Notes under the pieces: model-generated
What the model saw: the letters and a program-made list of their open reading frames with translations, nothing else
What the model was told of the DNA's origin: nothing
Databases searched by the model: none
Part shown: piece by piece, positions 27,841-37,775 of the stretch
Position numbering within the stretch: the stretch's first letter is position 1
Layout of the letters: each line of letters starts with the position of its first letter
DNA from: Rubripirellula sp.
Lineage (GTDB): Bacteria; Planctomycetota; Planctomycetia; Pirellulales; Pirellulaceae
Direction: 5' to 3'
Length of the DNA stretch: 64,000 nt
Assembly: GCA_965216875.1 (NCBI GenBank)
Contig: OZ244207.1
Coordinates: 6,432,001-6,496,000 of the forward strand
Made by a program: the position numbers and the translations under genes

Positions 27841-28536
27841 TCATTGCGGGTCGAGGGTTGGACCCGCAAAAGATTGAACAGCAGTTTCGCCTTTGCTGTC
27901 AGTGATCTCGATCGTCAAGCCGGTAGGGGCTTTCGATGGGATTTCGATCGAAAGCAGGTTGCTGGTGGTGATGCCGCTTTGGTCTGTGATCCCATCCGTT
28001 TCGGCCTTCATCAGGTAGTGATAGGGCGGACTTCCACCTGCGACAAACATCGTGGCAACTTTTTTGTCTTCGATCGTTTCAACTTTGATGTCACTGAGTT
28101 TCAGGGGAGTCTTTTTTGAATCCGTGCTGCCGAAGTAGAACCCGACAATGGTGCCAAGCACTCCCATCATCGCAACGAAAATCTCTCGTGCGCGACGGAA
28201 GCGGGCTTCGGTGAATTGATCGCTTGAACCAAAGAATGCAAACATCACAATCACAAAGCCAAGCGTGATTGCCGCCACGCTCACAAGTGATGTGATCAAA
28301 CCGCGCGCGTATTCAGGTTCGCGCAGCAGCTCCAAGAAGTCTGCTTTGTTGTAGATCGAGACCATAAAGAAGACGAGAACCGCAAAGGCGATCGTGCAGA
28401 CAAAAATTGGAACCCAGGGGTGGCCGCTAGGAGTTTCGCTGTCATCTTGCGGGATAAGACCAGCCGTTCTTAATGCCGAAATCTGTTCTTCGGACGGGTC
28501 GTTTGGGACGACAACCGTTTCTTTTTTATCTGCCAT
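27841..28536 (-). CDS. hypothetical 3-TM membrane protein with C-terminal beta-rich domain
   Basis: Three hydrophobic helices, GTIVGFYFGS motif, C-terminal GGSPPYHY...IEITDSKG (Ig/SprB-like strand pattern). Confidence 0.8.
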   Translation of the reverse strand: MADKKETVVVPNDPSEEQISALRTAGLIPQDDSETPSGHPWVPIFVCTIAFAVLVFFMVSIYNKADFLELLREPEYARGLITSLVSVAAITLGFVIVMFAFFGSSDQFTEARFRRAREIFVAMMGVLGTIVGFYFGSTDSKKTPLKLSDIKVETIEDKKVATMFVAGGSPPYHYLMKAETDGITDQSGITTSNLLSIEIPSKAPTGLTIEITDSKGETAVQSFAGPTLDPQ

Positions 28537-28666
28537 GAGGTGCCCTGCGGATCAATGGTGCGACGCATGTTGGTCCCCCAGTTTACTTGCCTTCAGAGCA
28601 CGATTCAGCGGTTACTCAGCAAAGCGAAGAGTTTGTGCTCGCAACGATACACAGCGGTACAGGTGT

Positions 28667-29254
28667 TTATCGAACGCAGCGATAGACGAACGCGGGCGGC
28701 AGGTTCTTCCATACCGTGTGACTGCGTTCGACCCGCGAAAAAGTCCTGCGCAGCCGCCGCGAGAAACGTCGTCCGGCGGGCAGCACGACGCCCTGCCAAT
28801 ACGCGAACGTTGCGAACTGACCCTCTTCGGGAAGCATTTCGAGCATCGCGTCAAGGATTTCGCTTTGTAGAGATTCAGAAAACGAAGCCCAGGGCAAACC
28901 GCAGATGACCACATCGATCTTGTCCATTGCTTCACGCTCGCAGAGCGAGACAACATTCACGACGCTGTCTTCATAGACCGTCACCGAGGGACACCGCTCG
29001 CGTGTGATCGCGGCAAGTTCAGGCGATCGTTCGATGGCAAAGAACTTGGCGTCCTCCTTCAGGCGATCGACAATCCCCTCGGTAAACACGCCTGTGCCTG
29101 GTCCGAATTCGACGACGTTGTTGACAGTCGACCAATCGACCCATTCCAACATTGCATTGACTAAGCCGGCGCTGCTGGGCGCGATCGCACCCACCTGCGT
29201 CGGATTTCGCGCAAAGTTTTTTAGGAAGGTCAGGCTCGATTTTTCGGTATTCAG
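28667..29254 (-). CDS. class I SAM-dependent methyltransferase (phospholipid N-methyltransferase PmtA-like)
   Basis: GAIAPSS, VVEFGPGTGVFT, CGLPW, WKNLPPAFVY. The frame extends upstream of GTG 29194 (FLKNFARNPTQVGAIAPSS), so the start is probably CTG at 29254 or 29233. Confidence 0.88.
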   Translation of the reverse strand: MNTEKSSLTFLKNFARNPTQVGAIAPSSAGLVNAMLEWVDWSTVNNVVEFGPGTGVFTEGIVDRLKEDAKFFAIERSPELAAITRERCPSVTVYEDSVVNVVSLCEREAMDKIDVVICGLPWASFSESLQSEILDAMLEMLPEEGQFATFAYWQGVVLPAGRRFSRRLRRTFSRVERSHTVWKNLPPAFVYRCVR

Positions 29255-29454
29255 AGGTCTGCCGGGGTGTGCAAGTTCGATTGGTCAAAAGAGATCGTGT
29301 CGGCGATGGATCGTAGCCGATATACTGGCATTCTGACTACCATGCCGATTCAGCTCCCGAATGTGTATCGCACAGATCAGGCGTTTCGCTTGTCAATCGG
29401 CGACCTTGGTTCCATGGCGGAAGATTTCCGTACTTTTTCTAGACGCACGATCCC

Positions 29455-29898
29455 TTGTACGTTCCCTCGTCTCGTCATCGACAAAGCGTTGGCGCCAACA
29501 TGACGCCGATGATCGACGTCGTGTTCTTGCTGATCATCTTCTTTCTGGTGTCGAGCCATCTGGCGCGCCAGGAGAATCGACTGCCGCTTGAGCTGCCGGT
29601 CGCTGCAACCTTCGATCCGACCGACCCGGATCGAGCGCCGCTGACGATCAGCATCGACGGATCGGGACAGTGGTTGGTGGGTGGAAATGTGGTCGATCGC
29701 GAAGCCCTCAAGTCTGCCCTTGCCGAGCACTATGCAAAGATGGGGACCGATGCCTCCGTACGCATTCGCAGCGAGGGGACGATCCAATATCGGTTCGTTC
29801 AGCCGGTATTGCGGCACGCGGCGCTGGCAGGAATCACCGATGCGTCCATCGCGGTCCGGCAGACCGAGGCGAGTGTCTCGGCCGCATCCGCGAACTAG
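29455..29898 (+). CDS. exbD: biopolymer transporter ExbD/TolR family protein
   Basis: NMTPMIDVVFLLIIFFLV signature. Confidence 0.92.
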   Translation: MYVPSSRHRQSVGANMTPMIDVVFLLIIFFLVSSHLARQENRLPLELPVAATFDPTDPDRAPLTISIDGSGQWLVGGNVVDREALKSALAEHYAKMGTDASVRIRSEGTIQYRFVQPVLRHAALAGITDASIAVRQTEASVSAASAN

Positions 29899-29907
29899 GG
29901 GACGGCG

Positions 29908-30363
29908 ATGCGTATTCCACAGTCACAAGATTCCGATTCGATGGAACTGAAGATGACGCCGATGATCGACGTCGTCTTCTTGCTGCTCGTCTTTTTCGTT
30001 TGGACGAGCAGTTTCGAATTGCCCGAGTTTGATCTCCCCGGCGCGATCGCCGAACCGCCTGCTGGCGGCAGCGAAACGAGCCTCGAAGACACGACGCCTG
30101 TCGAAGCGTTTGACGAAATCGTGGTTCGCGTGCGCCAGCAGGATGTTGCCACCGTGATTGAACTCAATGGTCAATCGTTGGCAAGCGTTGACGAACTGAA
30201 AGGGCAGCTCAAACAGATCCTTGAACTTGGTGTTCAGCCACCCGTCATTGTCGACCCAGATGATGAGATCACGATGAATACGGCGGTTGCGGTGTATGAC
30301 GCGGCACGCGCTGCGGGTGCGGATCGAGTTCTCTTTGCAGTGCGCGGTGACGACCAACCATGA
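29908..30363 (+). CDS. exbD: biopolymer transporter ExbD/TolR family protein
   Basis: KMTPMIDVVFLLLVFF signature. Confidence 0.92.
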   Translation: MRIPQSQDSDSMELKMTPMIDVVFLLLVFFVWTSSFELPEFDLPGAIAEPPAGGSETSLEDTTPVEAFDEIVVRVRQQDVATVIELNGQSLASVDELKGQLKQILELGVQPPVIVDPDDEITMNTAVAVYDAARAAGADRVLFAVRGDDQP

Positions 30364-32702
30364 CCGGGATGAACTGGCGCACAATCGGTTTGGTGGTTGC
30401 AATCGCACTGACAGCGATCGGGCAAACCCGCGCCGAAGTGGTTGGGCGAAAAACGAACGATTGGGCCGCGGATCTCGTGGACGAACTGATTCGATTAGGA
30501 CGCTTTGACGAAGCGACTGCGTATTGCATTGAGCAATCCGAGGGCGCGGACCCAACCGGTGATGCAATCGCAAAATGGGCGATCAAGCAAAGTCAATCTC
30601 TCTCCGCCGCGGCGAAGGTCAAGTCGAAGTACAGCAACGAAGAAGTTGAAAAGGCCCAGTCGCCGGTAACCACATTGCTTAGTGCCTATCCCGGGCATCG
30701 TCGTCAGCTCTTCTTGTTGGCTCAACTGGAAGCCGTTCGGCGAGACGCGGCTCAACATGCGGTCGTGACCTTTGCCGTTTCTCCAGCAACCGAGTCACGC
30801 GTTGACGAGATCACCAAGCTGCTCTCAAGGTCTCAATCCGCAATCGTCGAATTGGCACGCAAGATTGCAGACCAACATTCAAGTCTGCAGAGTGCTCGCA
30901 GCGACCACGATCATGCGTTGATTGCGGACCTGCAAAGGCTTGAGCAGTATCTGTTGATCGATGCGGTGTCGCTTTCATTGATGCAGACCGAGTTGTTCGC
31001 AGCGGGCAGTCGCGATCGGCTGGGCGCTGCGGCGCAGGCCGTTTCGACGGCAGACAAAGCGATCAACAACTTGCCCGCCGACTCTGCCGCTCGGCGCGAA
31101 GTCGAACGTCTGCGCGTCGAAGCAATGATCCGCGGCCAGCAACTGGATCGCGCCGAGACCGATTTGGTTGCACTGGCTCGAAGCTGGCCCAAGCCGCTGC
31201 CTCACGAGCTGTATGCAATGCGGGTCAGGATCGATGTGCTTCGCGGCTCGCTTGATGCAGCCGAGAGAAAACTGGATTCGTTTTTTGGAAGCTCGCCCGA
31301 ATTGGCAGCAAGGTCGATTGAGATGGACCTGGCGCGAACCCAGTGGTTGATCGCAAAACGTGGCGGCGGTGACGTCGGTGCTTGGCTAGACGCGATCGAA
31401 CGTCGAAACGGTTTGTATGGGCGTCGAAGGGCCGAAGCGATTGCGCTTTCAAAGCTGCGGTCGCAATCGGAAAATCAACCGATCGATTCGGCCCTCGTTG
31501 TCGCTCAGGGCGAGGATTGGCTTCGCCGCGGTGACTATGGACGAGCCGCCGATCTCTTTTCGTCGGCTGCCGTTTCAGAACGTGACGGCAAGCGGGCAAT
31601 CCAGTTTGCAACGAAGGCCGCTGCAGCTTTGATTCAAATCAAACGCGCCGGCGAGGCATCGGAAATACTTGCAGCGGTCGCCCGAGACCATCAAGGCTTT
31701 GAGCTTGCACCGGCGACACATTTGCAAGCAGCGGTCACTTATCACTCAAGTGATCGCCAAGACAAAACACGCAAGATTGAGTCGTTGCTGAAAGAGCATC
31801 TGCAGCGGTGGCCTGATAGCGATAAGGCACCGGCCGCACGGCAATGGCTGGTCCAAATCTACGAAAGCCAAAATCGTTTGCTCGATGCCGCGGTTGCCGC
31901 TTCGATGTTGTCACCACAGTCCCACACGGCGCAAGAACTCGACACCGCACTTGCCCGCTGGGTTTCGGCGGTGACGTCTGCGGAGCAACAGGCTGACATC
32001 AAGCCTTTGATGCAAGACTTTTTGACGACGTTCAAGCCGCTAACGGAACGTCCGTCTGCAGCAGCAAAGATCAGGGAAACGGCCGCGCTAGTGTTGGATC
32101 GTGAGCTGCTTGGTGAAGTGCCAGCCGCAAAGTCAACCGAAGCCAATCGTTCGAAGTTCTATGAATCGCTTTTGGCCTATCGTGATTCTGCCGGACAAGC
32201 GTCGTTGCAGCAGGTTCCGCCAGACGAAATCAGTGATGCGGTGCGATGGCGACTGATGCGAGATGGCAGGCAATACCCACAGATGCGCACCTCGGTTGCT
32301 CATCTTATCGAAGGTTGGTCATCCGCACCCGAAGCGACGATTGATGGTGCGGAACGTTCCTTGTGGCTTGGTGATGCGGCCAAAGCGGAAAGCTCGCTAC
32401 GCGCTCTGATCAAAGCGGCGCCAGCGGGACAGCGTGGTTCGATGATGCGCAAGTCAGCAACACTGTTGGCTTCGACTGAAAACAAGAAAGGAAAAGAACT
32501 TGCGGTCACACTTTGGGACGAACTCGCCGCAGGCAGCGCACGCGGAAGTTCACAGTGGCATGAAGCCAAACTTGGCGCCATCGAGTTGCTGAGAACCAAC
32601 GGACAGGGTGATCAAGCATCGCGACGGGCAAAGTACATCCTGTTGACTTCGCCGCCGAAAGATCAAGCGTTGCGTCGTCGCTATGAAATGGCAAGCCAAT
32701 AG
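30360..32702 (+). CDS. large secreted alpha-solenoid (TPR-like) protein
   Basis: ATGA overlap with exbD, signal peptide, Ala/Leu-rich helical repeats. Confidence 0.82.
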   Translation: MTGMNWRTIGLVVAIALTAIGQTRAEVVGRKTNDWAADLVDELIRLGRFDEATAYCIEQSEGADPTGDAIAKWAIKQSQSLSAAAKVKSKYSNEEVEKAQSPVTTLLSAYPGHRRQLFLLAQLEAVRRDAAQHAVVTFAVSPATESRVDEITKLLSRSQSAIVELARKIADQHSSLQSARSDHDHALIADLQRLEQYLLIDAVSLSLMQTELFAAGSRDRLGAAAQAVSTADKAINNLPADSAARREVERLRVEAMIRGQQLDRAETDLVALARSWPKPLPHELYAMRVRIDVLRGSLDAAERKLDSFFGSSPELAARSIEMDLARTQWLIAKRGGGDVGAWLDAIERRNGLYGRRRAEAIALSKLRSQSENQPIDSALVVAQGEDWLRRGDYGRAADLFSSAAVSERDGKRAIQFATKAAAALIQIKRAGEASEILAAVARDHQGFELAPATHLQAAVTYHSSDRQDKTRKIESLLKEHLQRWPDSDKAPAARQWLVQIYESQNRLLDAAVAASMLSPQSHTAQELDTALARWVSAVTSAEQQADIKPLMQDFLTTFKPLTERPSAAAKIRETAALVLDRELLGEVPAAKSTEANRSKFYESLLAYRDSAGQASLQQVPPDEISDAVRWRLMRDGRQYPQMRTSVAHLIEGWSSAPEATIDGAERSLWLGDAAKAESSLRALIKAAPAGQRGSMMRKSATLLASTENKKGKELAVTLWDELAAGSARGSSQWHEAKLGAIELLRTNGQGDQASRRAKYILLTSPPKDQALRRRYEMASQ

Positions 32703-32713
32703 AGTGAGTTGCT

Positions 32714-33148
32714 GTGCTTCGTTTCGTGATATTGAAACACACCATTGGTCCTCGTTTTGACCGGACCGACCAAACACACCTCGATTGGATGTTCGAAAGA
32801 GAGGGGCACGGTGAATTGCTGCGAACGTTCGCAACGCCAGTGCTTGACCTTTGCGTGCTCGACATTGATGCCGAGGCCACCGAGCTAGCAGGACACCGTG
32901 CGGCATACCTCGACTATCAGGGACCGGTGTCTGGGGACCGGGGTGAAGTGCGACGGCTGGTCAGCGGGCGATATCGCATGATCGCCAATTCCGAGGATCG
33001 CTTCGAAGTTGAATTGCATTGGCAAGAAGGCAGCGGCGTGCATTCATTGCATGTCGCGTTTTATCGCAGCTTGGGCGAAACCGATGACCGCAACGATGCT
33101 TGCGATTTGTGGCGATTGCGGTCTTTTCGGAACGAGACGAACCGATAG
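32714..33148 (+). CDS. stand-alone LigD 3'-phosphoesterase-like domain protein
   Basis: RFVILKH...HLDWMFE...HRAAYLDYQGPVSGDRGEV...G resembles the LigD N-terminal PE domain. Confidence 0.7.
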   Translation: MLRFVILKHTIGPRFDRTDQTHLDWMFEREGHGELLRTFATPVLDLCVLDIDAEATELAGHRAAYLDYQGPVSGDRGEVRRLVSGRYRMIANSEDRFEVELHWQEGSGVHSLHVAFYRSLGETDDRNDACDLWRLRSFRNETNR

Positions 33149-33855
33149 ATCGGACCCTTAGGCCGATACGAGTGTTGATCCAGCTCGCCGGTGTGCCCCG
33201 ACAGCACCAAGCTGCCATCGATCAGCTTGACCGATTCGACGGTTACCGGACTGATGGCATAGCGAGGGTGCTCACTCGGGACGGTGATCAATGCGATTGG
33301 GCCTGCTTCGGAAGCATCCCATTGGACATCGATATCACCCGTTGCCGCTTCCTTTGAAATACCGGTTTGGAATTTCTTGAGTGGCAACGGAAGCGCGCCC
33401 GCTTTGAGTTGGGTGATGTTCAAAGCCAACATGTTGGGTTGTTCGGTAAGAGCAACCTCGACTTCACAACTGATCACCGTGTCGATGCGTTTGTTCTTGT
33501 ATCGAACCGCAGCAAGAATGCGGCCGTCTTCGATCTCGACGCGAGGGTCGCTGGCGCCGTTGGCAAGAAGTTTCGGAAACTTTTGAGGCAACTCTTCCGC
33601 GAGCCAGGCGTTGATTTCATCGTCGCTGAACTCGGCTTTCCACCAACCTACTTTTGCTGCGTCTTCTTGAAGTTGTTTGACGTCGGCGAGCATGCGTTTG
33701 CTTGCTTCAGCAGTTTGCTCTGGACGTTGCTTTGTGGCTCGCTCGTAAAACTCCGGGACGTGTTTGGTTTGATTGACCAACCACCAAGATGCACCGCCAC
33801 CGATCAAAAGGAGAAAGACAGTAAGAACCGTCAGTCGCTTGATCCAACGTCGCAT
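33061..33855 (-). CDS. hypothetical membrane-anchored protein
   Basis: N-terminal TM/signal; EINAWL and AGALPLP; 3' end overlaps the convergent gene. Confidence 0.8.
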   Translation of the reverse strand: MRRWIKRLTVLTVFLLLIGGGASWWLVNQTKHVPEFYERATKQRPEQTAEASKRMLADVKQLQEDAAKVGWWKAEFSDDEINAWLAEELPQKFPKLLANGASDPRVEIEDGRILAAVRYKNKRIDTVISCEVEVALTEQPNMLALNITQLKAGALPLPLKKFQTGISKEAATGDIDVQWDASEAGPIALITVPSEHPRYAISPVTVESVKLIDGSLVLSGHTGELDQHSYRPKGPIYRFVSFRKDRNRHKSQASLRSSVSPKLR

Positions 33856-33897
33856 CGCGGTGACTCCGGACGAGAAGTTTGTAATCCTTTGTGTTCC

Positions 33898-36800
33898 CTA
33901 GAAACGCAAAGGACGTGGTAGCCAGCCGCGTATCCTTTCTGCAACACCCGGGGTCGGCTCAGGAGGGTCGACCGTTTCGGCTACGACAGGAGGAGGAGAG
34001 AGTTCGGCTTCGCGTAACAGCAATTGTGCCCAATGATTCTTCAAAAGTCGTGCTGAGGGAGTCAAATTCCCCCGTTCAAGTCCTTGTACAGCGAGGAAGG
34101 CTTGGCTTTGCAGGTCGCCTCGCTCCTTTGAAAGCGGGAATTCATGATGAAGGTGAACATCATCGATCCAAATTTTTCCGGCCGACATACTGTCAATGGT
34201 CAATCGCAACGATTCGACCGCCGACGGTGTGATGCCATCCACTTCCAAGACTACTTGCCTGGACTGCCACTTGCCATCGCGAGGGACCTCGATTTCTGCC
34301 GACTTTCGCAGTGGTTGGCCGTTCTGAGTCCCCTCGATGGAAACGCGAAGTTGATGTTTGCTTTCCGCATTTCGTAGTTGCCCGCGACAAGCTAGCGATA
34401 CCGCAATTCGGCCCGATGTCGGTGCCGCAAACGTTTCGCTGACGAGCCAAGTGCGGCTCGAGAATTGGGCATCTGTCGTCAAACAGACTGAACGATCACC
34501 ATCAATTGATTCTTGTTGATCCACGGTCACCGCGTCGGCCGGATGCTGGGCATGCAGCCAGCCCACCAAGCCAACGCCACCCTTCTGTTCGAAGCTTCCA
34601 TTCGATAACGCTTCGTAATCATCAAAGTTGGTCAGCATGCCGATCCGGGCAACGATGGTTGATACGCTTTGTTTGATTTCCGCTAGAGCTTCAGCACCGC
34701 CAGCAACACGCGCCGTGCAGGAGATGGCACTGGAATCGGGAAGCGGAACCTTTGATTGCAGAATGATGCACTGGCCTGGTTGCAGGGTAACCCTTGTTTG
34801 CGAACCAGAGTCGGAGATCGAAGCTGTGTTCGGACCGGCTTCGAGCATTGGTTTCCAACCCGCCGGCGACCCACAATCAATGTCGACTTCCGTTTGCCAG
34901 GGAGCGTCATTGGTGACAACGAGATAGGATCGGTCGTTGGCTGCGGTGAACTGGACGCTTGCAAAACTCAACGCAGGATCAGCCATCGGAACGGCCGTCA
35001 ACTTGCCCCGAGGCAACGCGGTAAAGGACTGCAGCAATTGACTTGCTTGTGGGTTGATTTCACGACCGACCACAGACGATCGCAGCATGAGAATGTCGGG
35101 AGCCTCTTTCCGAATGATCGCGCCAATGTGATTGCTCGAGATCCGACGCAGCGTTGGAGTTGGCGAACTGGTCGTTGCATCATCAACCAACGAGACGACC
35201 GAGATCGAATCGTTTTGATCTGCATCGAGATTGCTGAGCGAATGAGCGAATCGGATTCGTTTCGAGAGTGGACCGTCGGGTGAACGCTTGATGGCTTGGC
35301 GGAACTGGATGTTGGGAAGTCGATTCTTGACGTCAGCGATTGGGTGGCCGGTTGCCTGAACCACAAGCCGATGAGGACGCGGGACTTGTTGCGAGAACAG
35401 CGACAGTTTTGCGATGGATCGATCGGCGATCCATTGCTCAAAGGCCGGTCGGCCTTCCCCGCCAACCCAGCGACGCAGTTGTGCGATCGAAACCGATTTT
35501 GGGTTCACCTTGGACGCGAACAACGCCAAGTCGCAATCATCGATTGTCGAAACGTCTGCGGCTGAATTGCGAAGGTGGATTCCTTCAAAGCAGGTAGAGC
35601 GTGCTGCATGATTGCATACTGATTTCAGCAAGGATGCCTTAGCCTGCCAAACCATCGGATGGTAGCGGGCATAGTTGGGCGTCGCGACTAACGATGCCGA
35701 GCGTCGCAGCAACGTCTGGCTGCTTTCGGGTGTTTGTTGAAGTGCCGTTTCCAGGGCAGTCACCGGCATCGACGGGTCGACGCTCAACAGCACTCGTAGG
35801 TTCGAGTGTTCCCAAACGGCCAAGAGTAGGTCCAAGGCATCGTCGTCGATGGAGGGTTCATCACGGATCGGCGAGAACGCGTCACATCGGATCAGGCACC
35901 GACCCTTGTCGACCACCGGAATCACGAGGCTGTTGAACCCCGATGCCTGGGCGTAATCGCGGAGACGGCCTGCGGCACTCCAAAGCCGTTGCATGGCAAT
36001 CGTTTGTGGTTGGCATTCGATCACGCCACGTTGACGCGCGACATCGGACGTCAGAGCCAAATACCAATCGATATCGGTGAGTTCGATCGCGCCTAGGCGC
36101 GTTTGAAGATCGACCGCAGGTTGATCGTCGTCATTGAACTCGGAAAGGTGATCGGGTCCAGCGGTCACAATGATCGATTCGAATTTCACGGGATGATCTG
36201 CGTTGACGTTGGTCAATCGAATCTGATCATCGTTTCGTGGGTACACCACAAAGGTGTGCTCAATCCAATCGCCGAGTGTCGGCGATTCGATTGATTCATT
36301 CAGCGTGAATGAGACCTCAGGTGATTCCATTTGCGCCGACGGCGCAACGTCGATGCGAAGCTGCAGGTCGTCATCGTTGGGGTAGCGAACCGTGACCCGA
36401 TGCGGCAGTCCTGGTGTCTGCACGGGGACGGTCGCTTGAAAAGATTCGCCTGGCAGGAGTTGTGAGACAGACTCACCGGCGTGCTGGGCTGTGCCAATCT
36501 TCGGCTCGGTTGGGGCCGAACCTGGAATCAATCGGTTAGTCGACTTTGGCAACCATTTGCTGACCGACCAGGTCGCAACCTGTGAGGGACGAATCTCACC
36601 GATCGTTTCCCATGGGGTTGGCGAATTGGCTACGCCTGCGTCTGGAAGCACGACGATGGGGCGAGCGTGGTAGACCGTTGGCGGTGGGCGCCGGCGAAAA
36701 TGCGACCAAAGGTTTTCGGAAGGCTCGAGCCAACACCGTAGTTCGTAAACCCCGGGATCGTGTGGAACGGTATGTCGATGTTCGATTTTGTCACTATGCC

Positions 36801-37593
36801 CATTGGCATCTAATGTGACCGTCCAGCTTTCTTGATTCACGGTCGTGGCATGGCCGACGCGCACCAAGTTGTAGTGCAGGCTCAAGCTTTGCGTGGTTGC
36901 ACTGACCGCTGAATTGGCTTGCACCGAAAACGACAAATCGTCGCCCTTGCGAAACAGCGGCGACTGTTTTGCGAGCTCGATTCTCAATTGGTCCGTTGCG
37001 ACGCGTTGAAGCGACCACGACTCATGTGAGGCGGTATTTGATTTCTTTCCTTCGTACAGAGTCTTGGCAAGCAGCTTGTTGAGCGGGACAAACTCCTGCA
37101 TCCGTGTTGCGTTGCCATCGTCGTCCGTTTGAATGAACTCGACAGCAAGCTGCGCATCATCGGAGGCCTGGACACGAAACCGCGCCCCGCCTTCGCTCAG
37201 TTTTGCTCGGCTATTGAATTGAAAGGCCGATCGACTTTCGTCAACGCGAAAAGCGCCGGTCGTGGCAGGCGAAAGGCTCAGGTTGGCAAGGTCGCGGATC
37301 GACGCATCAAGGGCTGGTTGCCCAGCTTGGTCGACGACACTGACCGAAAAGTTGGATGCTTTGGGGGCCGGAGCGTTCCAGCGCATTCGCAATGTCAAAT
37401 CGACTTGCTCGCCCGCGCTCGCGTTGGAAAGATCGACCACGACCGCAAGCAGCAGGAACAGTAGCGAGAGCCCGTACATCGAGCGCCTCGCGTTGTTCGT
37501 GCAGCGAGTGGATGGGAACGTAACCCATGGCCGACTTGGTCGTACCGTCATTCCATGGGAAAACAATCGGCAAAGACATCCCTGTCTGGGCAT
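33898..37593 (-). CDS. large secreted hypothetical protein with possible degenerate glycoside-hydrolase-like barrel and C-terminal CBM-like domain
   Basis: 1231-aa ORF; probable start about 37479 (MYGLSLLFLLLAV signal). C-terminal LSNGSFE...GW...IWIDDVHL is a CBM4/9-like pattern. Function uncertain. Confidence 0.75.
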   Translation of the reverse strand: MPRQGCLCRLFSHGMTVRPSRPWVTFPSTRCTNNARRSMYGLSLLFLLLAVVVDLSNASAGEQVDLTLRMRWNAPAPKASNFSVSVVDQAGQPALDASIRDLANLSLSPATTGAFRVDESRSAFQFNSRAKLSEGGARFRVQASDDAQLAVEFIQTDDDGNATRMQEFVPLNKLLAKTLYEGKKSNTASHESWSLQRVATDQLRIELAKQSPLFRKGDDLSFSVQANSAVSATTQSLSLHYNLVRVGHATTVNQESWTVTLDANGHSDKIEHRHTVPHDPGVYELRCWLEPSENLWSHFRRRPPPTVYHARPIVVLPDAGVANSPTPWETIGEIRPSQVATWSVSKWLPKSTNRLIPGSAPTEPKIGTAQHAGESVSQLLPGESFQATVPVQTPGLPHRVTVRYPNDDDLQLRIDVAPSAQMESPEVSFTLNESIESPTLGDWIEHTFVVYPRNDDQIRLTNVNADHPVKFESIIVTAGPDHLSEFNDDDQPAVDLQTRLGAIELTDIDWYLALTSDVARQRGVIECQPQTIAMQRLWSAAGRLRDYAQASGFNSLVIPVVDKGRCLIRCDAFSPIRDEPSIDDDALDLLLAVWEHSNLRVLLSVDPSMPVTALETALQQTPESSQTLLRRSASLVATPNYARYHPMVWQAKASLLKSVCNHAARSTCFEGIHLRNSAADVSTIDDCDLALFASKVNPKSVSIAQLRRWVGGEGRPAFEQWIADRSIAKLSLFSQQVPRPHRLVVQATGHPIADVKNRLPNIQFRQAIKRSPDGPLSKRIRFAHSLSNLDADQNDSISVVSLVDDATTSSPTPTLRRISSNHIGAIIRKEAPDILMLRSSVVGREINPQASQLLQSFTALPRGKLTAVPMADPALSFASVQFTAANDRSYLVVTNDAPWQTEVDIDCGSPAGWKPMLEAGPNTASISDSGSQTRVTLQPGQCIILQSKVPLPDSSAISCTARVAGGAEALAEIKQSVSTIVARIGMLTNFDDYEALSNGSFEQKGGVGLVGWLHAQHPADAVTVDQQESIDGDRSVCLTTDAQFSSRTWLVSETFAAPTSGRIAVSLACRGQLRNAESKHQLRVSIEGTQNGQPLRKSAEIEVPRDGKWQSRQVVLEVDGITPSAVESLRLTIDSMSAGKIWIDDVHLHHEFPLSKERGDLQSQAFLAVQGLERGNLTPSARLLKNHWAQLLLREAELSPPPVVAETVDPPEPTPGVAERIRGWLPRPLRF

Positions 37594-37775
37594 CGATCGC
37601 TTCGGTGGGTTGGGAACGGGTCAACAGAAAGGACCCTACCGCTGCCAAGCGTCTCACGTAAAGGTGAAAACAGGCGGTACGCGGAAATCCGCGACCTCGT
37701 CGGTTTCATGTCGTCGGTTTCACGACACAACGTCGAGCCGAGCCAGGAACAACCCGAGATAGGAAACGACCCGAG

